Below are positions 48,719-56,549 of a stretch of DNA of 64,000 nucleotides, in pieces. Position numbers and translations under genes: made by a program. Origin of the DNA: an uncultured Acidimicrobiaceae bacterium (GTDB lineage: Bacteria; Actinomycetota; Acidimicrobiia; Spongiisociales; SHLN01). The notes beneath the pieces are model-generated. The model worked only from the letters and a program-made list of their open reading frames with translations. It was not told the DNA's origin and ran no database searches. The stretch lies in assembly GCA_947259275.1 (NCBI GenBank), contig CAMYMH010000001.1:37397-101396 (forward strand), written 5' to 3'. Each line of letters starts with the position of its first letter. Positions within the stretch are counted from its first letter, which is position 1.

Positions 48719-49096
48719 GTGGAGAAGGAATTCACCTCGGATCGATGTACGGCAGTACCCGAACGCGCCCACGCGGCGTGTTGTGTAGACCACGATTGGC
48801 TCTACTGGAAAGGCGGGACTCGAGGGGAGCGCGCCGAGGCCGATCGTCTGTTTCGAGAATGCCTCAGGGGTCGGCACCACGTTCTGGGTGTCTGGATGTA
48901 TTGGCTTGGCGTCCGTATCGGAGGCACCGGCCTTGTTCCCAGCTCGTGGCGGTGGGGGTACGGATGGGTCTGGCCGCGCTCGAAACCACCCCGCCCAGAC
49001 ACCTCCCCATACTCAGAAGAGAGTCAGCGGGCCAGATATACCGCTCTTCGTCACGAGGCTGTGGAGGCCGACGAGCGGGCGAGACGGCGGGACTGA
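48719..49096 (+). CDS. prokaryotic phospholipase A2-like protein (GTG start, no signal peptide)
   Basis: SDRCTAVPE…AACCVDHDWLYW…RAEADRLFRECLRG parallels Streptomyces PLA2 DLCSQAP…ACARHDFGYRNY…KSRIDSAFYEDMKRVC. Confidence 0.45.
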   Translation: MEKEFTSDRCTAVPERAHAACCVDHDWLYWKGGTRGERAEADRLFRECLRGRHHVLGVWMYWLGVRIGGTGLVPSSWRWGYGWVWPRSKPPRPDTSPYSEESQRARYTALRHEAVEADERARRRD

Positions 49097-49183
49097 AGCA
49101 ACCGATCACTCCGGCGTTCCCGCTCTCCCAGGCACGGCGTCGACGCGCCGAGTAGCCTCGAAATCTAGAGTCGTTGGGGGACG

Positions 49184-52009
49184 ATGATGGGTCACAGCGT
49201 GCCGCCGGTTGAGCCGGAACTCCTCCCGGGCGACGTCGGATGGTCCCCCGGTCCGTTCACCGAATTGCGAGTTCATGGTGTCGGCAACACGCCGCTGGTC
49301 GAGCTTCTCGATAACGCCGACGCACGGCGGGTGGCCGGGGATGAGACGGCTGGCTTCTACCGATCGCGTGACAACACGACACCGTTGGTTCTTGGCGGTG
49401 AGGCGGACGGCGTTTCGGATCCAGAGCTCAATCGGACCGACGTTGAGGCCTACGACTGGGGCGGATTCAACACCGGCGGAGGATGGCGGGCCTTCTGGCT
49501 GCTGCTGCTGCCCTTCACGTTTGTAAACGTGGCCGGCTTTCTCGTCGCCAGGCGAGACCGCTGGGCGCGGAGCTATGTCCGTCTGTTTGGTCTCGGGGTG
49601 GGGTTGGTGTTCGTGACCTGGCTCGGAGCCATGGCGGTTGAGTTGCTCGCGCTGCAGTGCGGTTGGCAGGAGGCTTGCTACCAGCGCCAATTGTTCTTCA
49701 AGCCGCTGGGATGGGATTTCATCTCCGAAGATCCGGCCCGGCGGATGGCGTTGGTACTACTGGTCCCCCTGGCGATTATCGGCGTCCTGTGGCGGTGGCC
49801 GGGCCGCAGAACGCACGACAAGTACGAGCGGGTGAGCGCCGACGTGTTTGCTTCCCGCCAAGCGGCCCCGCCCGACCCGCGTGAGGATTACGACGATCTG
49901 CCGTTGCTCGACCCGACGTTGTGGACGAGGACGCGACAGGAAGTCCCGAGCGCGGCATTGGTTCATGTTGCCGCGCTGTTGGGCGCCCTTGGCGCCGGTG
50001 TGTCGTGGGCCCATTGGAAAGTGAAGGATCACGACGTCGACTTGGTGCTCGTGGTGGCGGGGGCGGCCCTCCTTGTGGTCGCCTCCGTGCTCGTATTCGT
50101 CGATTGGACTCGGCGCGCCGGCGCCGCCACAGCATCCGGGGACAGGAGCTTGCCCTTCTCGCTATGGCTGGCGCGCATCGCGGTCGTCTTCTTCGTGGTT
50201 CTGCTCGGGGCTGCCTTCGTGGTTGACCGCGGCTACGCCTCGCTCGACTGGGGTGACCTCGAGACGACACCGATCGATCACGAGAGTGGAGAGCTGCTAA
50301 CGGACGAGTGGACCACTCAGGTCGAGGCCTTCACCCGGAAGGCGGGCCTGGTATCGAATGAAGTCGCCGACCTGGCCGACAATATGCGCGATGCCTTTAT
50401 CGGTTTGAGCGCGGTCATATCCATACCCGCCTTTTTCGGCCTCGTTTTCATGCTCTGGAAGCTCCGGGAGGATGACCCGAGGAGTCGCCGAATGTGGGGG
50501 CGGTGGGGCCCGCTCGTTGCTTCGCTGACCGGCCTGGCCGTTGCCTCGGTGTTCGTCGCAGGGGCAGGTCTGTGGCTCGAGGAATGGCTGGGTGATCGTC
50601 CCAATGAGCATTTCGATGCGCTCGGCATCGAGGTGTCCGAATGCGCCTTGCCGCTCGGGTCAGATTGCAGCGGCGTCGGGGACCTGGGCGCAGTCAGCAA
50701 CGGGCTCGATGCCCTTGTTCAGGCAGACCTGGGAACGGACGACTTGGCGGTGGTGGTGTTTCTCGGGACACAAATCTCGAGCGATCTCGAGGTTCTCGGC
50801 CAACCGGTCATCGAACTGGACGCGTTATACGATGCCCTCGCGCTCGCCTTTCTGCTGGTAGTGGTGCTCCTTTTGTTGGCATACATGGCGATCGAGCGAC
50901 AACTGCGGCACGACATCCCGGGTGGAAAGCACGCCCGCAGGTGGATAACGGCCAGCGGCGACCAGCAGGACCTCCGGATCACCTACCCCTTCATTCCGGA
51001 GCTGAAACGAACCATTGCGGATCTGATCGGCCCCCAGGCTCAGTCTCGGAGCAACGGCGAGATCGACAAATGGGCCAAGCAAGGGGTGACGACCTGCCGG
51101 AAGTCGCCGCGTCTCACACGGGTTCATCACCTGCTGTGGATTCCTGCCGTCGTCGTGTTCTTCGTGGGATCGGGATTGTTGATCAAATACTCTGTCGACT
51201 GGTCCGGGGATCTGCAGGGGTGGGTGAACGACAACGCGTCCTACCTCTTCACATCGGCTCGCTGGCTCATCACCGCCGCGGCACTCGGCGCGGCCGCACT
51301 GGTTTCGAGGTCCTACAAGCCGGAGGCCCAGGAGTCGTTCGGCGGAGCATGGGATGTGCTGACGTTTTGGCCCCGGCACTATCACCCATTCGCGGTGCCC
51401 AGCTATGGAGTGCGAGCTGTCAAGCAGCTGGCCAATCGGATCGAGACGCTGACCGAGCCCTCATCTGATGGCCTTCAGGCCCCAAGAACCTGCCTCGTGG
51501 CCGCTCACAGCGGGGGTGTCGTGATAGCCATTGCAGCCGTGGCGCTCCTCAGGGAGGAGACCAGGTCACGCATCGCCCTCCTCACCTATGGCAGCCCGAC
51601 GGGATCGCTCTATGGCCGCGCCTACCCGGAGTACTACGACCAGAAGGTCCTGCAGCGGTTGGCCGGACTGCTGGGAGTGGGAGACCCGGAGGTGGATGAT
51701 CCACTAACGGCCGGTCGATGGGCCAACCTGTGGCGCCTAACCGATTGGACGGGTGGGTACGCGTTCGGTCCCCAGGAGGACAAGTTCCGGCGACTCGTGA
51801 CCAACGGCCAGCACATCTACCACCACGTCGACGTCCTGCAGCGTGATCCGGCCATTAGCACTCTCGAGGCCGTCAACCGGGACGCCGAGCTGCCGGCGGC
51901 TACCGGCCATACGGATTACTTCCACGATCCGAAGCATCCCGGACCGGAGGATCCGCGCTATCAGGAGTGGCGGGGAACCATGTACCGCCGAATTGACAGG
52001 TCGATCTGA
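49184..52009 (+). CDS. 941-aa integral membrane protein (about 10 TM) with a C-terminal lipase/alpha-beta-hydrolase-like module. Function unknown
   Basis: Multiple TM blocks. C-terminal TCLVAAHSGGVVIAIAAVALL (nucleophile-elbow-like) and LLTYGSPTGSLYG. N-terminal LRVHGVGNT. Start is 87 nt after the PLA2-like gene. Confidence 0.55.
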   Translation: MMGHSVPPVEPELLPGDVGWSPGPFTELRVHGVGNTPLVELLDNADARRVAGDETAGFYRSRDNTTPLVLGGEADGVSDPELNRTDVEAYDWGGFNTGGGWRAFWLLLLPFTFVNVAGFLVARRDRWARSYVRLFGLGVGLVFVTWLGAMAVELLALQCGWQEACYQRQLFFKPLGWDFISEDPARRMALVLLVPLAIIGVLWRWPGRRTHDKYERVSADVFASRQAAPPDPREDYDDLPLLDPTLWTRTRQEVPSAALVHVAALLGALGAGVSWAHWKVKDHDVDLVLVVAGAALLVVASVLVFVDWTRRAGAATASGDRSLPFSLWLARIAVVFFVVLLGAAFVVDRGYASLDWGDLETTPIDHESGELLTDEWTTQVEAFTRKAGLVSNEVADLADNMRDAFIGLSAVISIPAFFGLVFMLWKLREDDPRSRRMWGRWGPLVASLTGLAVASVFVAGAGLWLEEWLGDRPNEHFDALGIEVSECALPLGSDCSGVGDLGAVSNGLDALVQADLGTDDLAVVVFLGTQISSDLEVLGQPVIELDALYDALALAFLLVVVLLLLAYMAIERQLRHDIPGGKHARRWITASGDQQDLRITYPFIPELKRTIADLIGPQAQSRSNGEIDKWAKQGVTTCRKSPRLTRVHHLLWIPAVVVFFVGSGLLIKYSVDWSGDLQGWVNDNASYLFTSARWLITAAALGAAALVSRSYKPEAQESFGGAWDVLTFWPRHYHPFAVPSYGVRAVKQLANRIETLTEPSSDGLQAPRTCLVAAHSGGVVIAIAAVALLREETRSRIALLTYGSPTGSLYGRAYPEYYDQKVLQRLAGLLGVGDPEVDDPLTAGRWANLWRLTDWTGGYAFGPQEDKFRRLVTNGQHIYHHVDVLQRDPAISTLEAVNRDAELPAATGHTDYFHDPKHPGPEDPRYQEWRGTMYRRIDRSI

Positions 52010-52155
52010 AGCAGTTTCAACCTGGCTTCACGACCCGACGGTCGAAGGCCGACCCGGTTGGTGACCGGGCCGGCTGCCCAACGTCATCATCGCCCGATGC
52101 GGGTGGCGGCACGTAAGGCGGCCGTCCTCCGGCCGGGCTCTTCAACTCCTGCCCG

Positions 52156-52959
52156 CTATAGCTCGCTTCCCACCAGGTCGACGAGGTGACCGACCCGGGT
52201 CAGGGCTGGCAGGTCTTCGGCGTCGCCCAGGTCTACACCGAACTCGTCCTCCAGGCCCATCAAGATCTCGACGAGGTCGAGCTCGTCCGCGCCGAGCGTG
52301 GTGAGCTTGGTTTCGGGGTGAACCCGAGACGGTTTGATCTCGAGGATTTCGGCCACGGTCGTCTTCACCGTGTCGAAGATCGCATCGTTCAAGGAGGCGA
52401 ACAGGTCACGCGCGAAGTCATCGTCAATGCCAACCGCCAGAGTCAGGACGCCATCAGCATCAAACAGCGTCGGTTCGATTTCCTCCCAGGCCACCAGGCG
52501 AGGATCGCCCTCCTCGTCCTCAAATTCGGGGTGAAACACCAGCACTGCGGCCGAATAGATGCCGGGCACCAGGTTGAGCTCGATCGTATCGCCCAGGGAG
52601 CAGGGAACACTCACCACGCCGATGTCTGTTTCCTCGTTGAGGTCTACGAGCAACAGCAGGCTCGGGAACGACTCGTCGAGGTTCATCTCGCACCATGGAT
52701 CGCCCGGTGCGAATACCACCCCGATTGTGATCTCAGCGAACCCGGTCGACCACAGCCCGGCGTAGGGACCACCCAGCGGTTGATCAATCAGCTGTCCCGA
52801 CATATCGAAACTAAAGCCGGCGTCGCCCGTGCTGCGGCTGGTGAGCCTGTCGGTTATCGCATCGATCAGGTTGCTCCCCGCCTTTATCCCTAGCCCGATG
52901 AGCACGCTCGCAAGTACAGTCATGGTCGCACCACCCCTCGCATGAGTCCGATCCGTCAT
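52156..52959 (-). CDS. fusion of an N-terminal TM plus unknown domain with a C-terminal acyl-carrier-protein-like domain whose phosphopantetheine Ser is replaced by Glu
   Basis: C-terminal VKTTVAEILEIKPSRVHPETKLTTLGADELDLVEILMGLEDEFGVDLGD has the ACP fold pattern, with GADELD in place of GADSLD. Confidence 0.5.
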   Translation of the reverse strand: MTDRTHARGGATMTVLASVLIGLGIKAGSNLIDAITDRLTSRSTGDAGFSFDMSGQLIDQPLGGPYAGLWSTGFAEITIGVVFAPGDPWCEMNLDESFPSLLLLVDLNEETDIGVVSVPCSLGDTIELNLVPGIYSAAVLVFHPEFEDEEGDPRLVAWEEIEPTLFDADGVLTLAVGIDDDFARDLFASLNDAIFDTVKTTVAEILEIKPSRVHPETKLTTLGADELDLVEILMGLEDEFGVDLGDAEDLPALTRVGHLVDLVGSEL

Positions 52960-53150
52960 TCAGCTGGGTATCGAATGACTCGAATGCCCCTCTTTCCTGT
53001 AGCTTCCATTTCCTAAACGAAATGCGATAGAGCCGTAGGGCCTCATCCGGGAAGGCGATCGCGTGCGGGAATGGCCAAGGGTGGCGGTGAGCCGCTGCCG
53101 ATCCTGGGGAGCGCCTCGTCCGCGACTGGCTCTTGGGTCGGGCTTCGGTT

Positions 53151-53984
53151 CTACGAGGCGATCGCCCGGGCGACGAAAGCGGCGACTTCGCCGATCATTT
53201 TCGGGCCGGACAGCAGGATGGCGTCGTTGTGGTCGGCTCCCGGGATCACGACGAGCTGTTTGGGACCCGGCGCGGTCTCAAAGATCTCCCGGCTCTGGCT
53301 GACGGGCACAATGGAGTCGGCTTCTCCGGCAATCACCAGCGTGGGAACCTGCACCAACCCGATGCGTTCGTCGGACGGATACCGGTCTTTGAGCAGGCTG
53401 CCCACCGGCAGCCATGGGTAGTGCACCCGGCCCACCTCGGCCAGCGAGGTGAAGGGCGATCGAAGGACCAGGGCCGCCGGTGGGTCGACGCTCGCCAACT
53501 CGACGGCGACTGCGGCACCGAGCGACTCGCCGAAGTAGACGAGGGGACTCTCGGCCGACCGCGCTCGCACGAAGGCCGCCGCGGCACGGGCGTCACGGGC
53601 CAGCCCATCCTCGGTCGGATGGCCCGGGTTCCCTCCGTAGCCGCGATAGTCGGTCATCAGAACCCCCAGGCCGTTGGCGGCGAGGCCGGAACCGAGCGAC
53701 TCCCGATCGGCCCGGTTGCCGGCGTTGCCGTTGAAGACCACCACCACCGGGCGAGTGAGCTCCGGCGCCCGGTACCAGGCTCGCAGCGTGAGGTCGTCGC
53801 TGGTCTGGTAAGCGACTTCCTCCCATCCGGACCCCATCACGCTCAGGGAGGGAGCGCGCCGATCAGGGAAGTAGATGAGCCGACGCTGCACTGCCCACAG
53901 GCCGACCGCCGATGCGAATACGACGGCGAGCAGTGCGAGCGCTCCCAAAGCCCTCCTCCTCGATCGCGTAGCCATGAGTCTCAT
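53151..53984 (-). CDS. alpha/beta hydrolase (BEM46/ABHD-like), membrane-anchored
   Basis: N-terminal TM. HG-type oxyanion region VVVVFNGNAGN. Nucleophile GESLGAAVA. Asp and His in ...GEADSIV…GADHND. Confidence 0.75.
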   Translation of the reverse strand: MRLMATRSRRRALGALALLAVVFASAVGLWAVQRRLIYFPDRRAPSLSVMGSGWEEVAYQTSDDLTLRAWYRAPELTRPVVVVFNGNAGNRADRESLGSGLAANGLGVLMTDYRGYGGNPGHPTEDGLARDARAAAAFVRARSAESPLVYFGESLGAAVAVELASVDPPAALVLRSPFTSLAEVGRVHYPWLPVGSLLKDRYPSDERIGLVQVPTLVIAGEADSIVPVSQSREIFETAPGPKQLVVIPGADHNDAILLSGPKMIGEVAAFVARAIAS

Positions 53985-54097
53985 TCACTATCGCAGAGGA
54001 GCAGCCGGGCGGGGGAAGCCGAGTCGGTCGAGACGTCGTTTCTCACAATGGATCGACCCCAGTGCAGGACACATCCGTAGGCTTCGGGAGAGGGACC

Positions 54098-54883
54098 ATG
54101 CGAGAGTCACACGCCGTACTCGCGGCCGCGATCCTGATTGCCGGGGCCTGCAGCGCCTCCTCCGACAGCAGCCAATCCACCGCCGCGCCCCTTACCACCA
54201 CGCCACCCGCCCCGGCAGCATCGGTCACGACCGCTCCTGTCGTCGACGACTCCTACACCGAGCGCCGCACGACGATGGTCGAACGCCAAATCGAGGGGCG
54301 CGGTATCAGGGATCCGGGGGTGCTCGATGTGATGCGAACGGTTCCCCGCCATCAGTTCGTACCGGAGCGGCTGGTCGATGCTGCCTACGGGGATCGGGCC
54401 CTTCCGATCGGCCATGGCCAGACGATTTCCCAGCCCTACATCGTCGCCCTCATGTCGGAGCTGCTGGAGGTCGAGCCCGGCCAGAAGGTGCTCGAAATCG
54501 GTACCGGCTCCGGTTACCAGGCGGCGCTGCTGGCGGAAATGGGGGTCGACATCTACTCGGTCGAGATCATTCCCGAGCTGGCCACCGAGGCTCGAAACCG
54601 GTTCGATGCGCTCGGCTACCAGGTCACCACCCTCACCGCCGACGGCTACTTCGGTTGGGAGGAGTACGCCCCGTTCGATGCGATCATCGTCACTGCCGCT
54701 CCCGACCACGTGCCCCAGCCGCTGGTCAACCAGCTGGCGCCGGGGGGGCGGATGGTGATTCCGATCGGACCGGTCGGGGCGGTGCAAACGATGTGGAGGT
54801 TCACGGTCGACGAGACCGGCGAGCTGGTGGGGGAGCGCCTCGCCGATGTGAGGTTTGTTCCCTTTACCCGCTCCGAGGAGTGA
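54098..54883 (+). CDS. pcm: protein-L-isoaspartate O-methyltransferase with lipoprotein-type signal peptide
   Basis: MRESHAVLAAAILIAGACSASS lipobox. SAM motif VLEIGTGSGYQAALLAEM. Conserved GRMVIPIG. Confidence 0.8.
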   Translation: MRESHAVLAAAILIAGACSASSDSSQSTAAPLTTTPPAPAASVTTAPVVDDSYTERRTTMVERQIEGRGIRDPGVLDVMRTVPRHQFVPERLVDAAYGDRALPIGHGQTISQPYIVALMSELLEVEPGQKVLEIGTGSGYQAALLAEMGVDIYSVEIIPELATEARNRFDALGYQVTTLTADGYFGWEEYAPFDAIIVTAAPDHVPQPLVNQLAPGGRMVIPIGPVGAVQTMWRFTVDETGELVGERLADVRFVPFTRSEE

Positions 54884-54939
54884 CCACACGCCCTTGACAG
54901 CGCGAGCCGCGCCCCGCGTCGCGGTCCACCGCCCCCTCC

Positions 54940-55025
54940 GGCGATGCCGCCGTGCCTCGCCGGGTGCAGCCAGGTCAGACACCGCTCGAGGCGATGGGAA
55001 GCCGGCCGACGGTGGGCAGGTGCGT
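54940..55025 (+). repeat. duplicated segment homologous to the 5' end and leader of the spermidine-synthase-like gene (58935..59020)
   Basis: ctccggcGATGCCGCCGTGCCtcGCCgGGTGCAGCCAgGTCAGaCACCgCTCgAGGCgATgGGAAGCCG. Upper case marks bases shared with 58935..59020. Confidence 0.55.
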
Positions 55026-55138
55026 TTGCGGCCCCGGCTGCGGTTCGGATCACTCGACATGACCTATTCCTCTGGCCAGCCAACCGGCGAAACAGTAACG
55101 CTTCTAACAAGCGGCATCGAGATGACAGGCGGGCCGGC

Positions 55139-56491
55139 ATGTCGAAACCAGCAACCGAAGACCTGAATCTCTATCACATCGCGAAAGCGCAGTTTGACGC
55201 CGCGGTGCCTTTCACCACCAAGCTGGAGGGCTGGCGGGGTCTGGCGGAATGGCTCTTCCGGCCGGAACGGATGGTCGAGGTGACGCTCCCGGTCGAAATG
55301 GACGACGGCTATGTCCACACGTTCACCGGCTACCGCGTGCTCCACGACAGCAGCCGGGGGCCGGGCAAGGGAGGCATCCGGTTTCATCCGAGCGTAACGG
55401 AAGACGAGGTCACGGCGCTCGCTACCTGGATGACCTGGAAGTGTGCCCTCGCCGACGTTCCGTTCGGCGGTGCGAAGGGAGGCGTCCGGTGCGATCCCCC
55501 CACCCTCTCGGTACGGGAGAAGCGGCGCATCACGCGACGCTACATCGCCGCCCTCGGCGACAGTATCGGCCCCCACCGCGACATCCCGGCACCCGACCTC
55601 TATACGGATGCCCAGACGATGGCCTGGGTCTACGACACCTACTCGATGATGCACCCCGGCAAGAACAATCTGGCCGCGGTCACGGGCAAGCCACTCGATC
55701 TGGGAGGGTCCGAGGGTCGCGAGGCGGCTACCGCTACCGGGCTCCTGCTGGTCATCCAACACTTGATCGCGGTCGGTGGCCTCCCCGGGTTCAACGGATT
55801 GAATGGCGTTACCGTGGCGATTCAGGGCTTCGGCAACGTCGGGAACCATTGCGCGCGGTTGTTCAGCCAGGCAGGAGCTGCCGTGGTGGCGGTCAGTGAT
55901 GTTGCGGGCGGCATCTTCGACCCGAACGGGCTCGATATCGCCCGGGTGGAGGTCCACGCCAAGGAGACGGGGTCCGTCGTGCAGTTGCCGGGGACCAAGC
56001 CGCTAGCAACCAACGAGGTGCTCGAGGTGCCGTGTGCCATCCTGATCCCCGCCGCCATCGAGACTCAGATCACAGCCGAGAACGCCCCCCGCGTCCAGGC
56101 GGCGGTGGTCGTGGAGGGAGCCAACGGGCCAACCACACCGGGGGCCGACGAGATTCTCCAGCAGCGAGGGATCACTGTTGTGCCAGACATTCTCGCCAAC
56201 CCGGGAGGGGTCGTCGTCAGCTACTTCGAGTGGGTGCAGAACCTCGCCAACACGAGCTGGGCGGATGAGGAAGTCGCCCGTCTACTGGAAGAGAAGATGC
56301 GCCGTGCCACCGACGTGGTCCTGGCAACGCGTGCCCGCCTTGTGGACGGTTTCGAACGGTACCAGGCAGCATGGGCGGCGGTTCGGCCAGATGACCCGCC
56401 CCTTCCGCGGCCCACTCTCCGGATCGCAGCGCACGTCGCCGCCCTCGAACGCTGCCGCCGCGTCGCCGAGTCCCGCGGGGTGTGGCCGTAG
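55139..56491 (+). CDS. gdhA: NAD(P)-specific glutamate dehydrogenase
   Basis: KGGIRFHP, FGGAKGG, GFGNVG Rossmann. 450 aa from MSKPATEDLNLY. The ORF-track start is over-extended. Confidence 0.9.
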   Translation: MSKPATEDLNLYHIAKAQFDAAVPFTTKLEGWRGLAEWLFRPERMVEVTLPVEMDDGYVHTFTGYRVLHDSSRGPGKGGIRFHPSVTEDEVTALATWMTWKCALADVPFGGAKGGVRCDPPTLSVREKRRITRRYIAALGDSIGPHRDIPAPDLYTDAQTMAWVYDTYSMMHPGKNNLAAVTGKPLDLGGSEGREAATATGLLLVIQHLIAVGGLPGFNGLNGVTVAIQGFGNVGNHCARLFSQAGAAVVAVSDVAGGIFDPNGLDIARVEVHAKETGSVVQLPGTKPLATNEVLEVPCAILIPAAIETQITAENAPRVQAAVVVEGANGPTTPGADEILQQRGITVVPDILANPGGVVVSYFEWVQNLANTSWADEEVARLLEEKMRRATDVVLATRARLVDGFERYQAAWAAVRPDDPPLPRPTLRIAAHVAALERCRRVAESRGVWP

Positions 56492-56549
56492 TCGATGCCG
56501 CCGCGGTTCGAGATTCGACTCGGTTCCCTTTACCCGGTCTGAGGAGTGA
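56492..56549 (+). pseudogene. 3'-terminal fragment of a pcm paralogue (encodes …VPFTRSEE*), overlapping the convergent gene end
   Basis: gattcgactcggttccctttacccggtctgaggagtga versus pcm 3' gatgtgaggtttgttccctttacccgctccgaggagtga. Confidence 0.45.
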
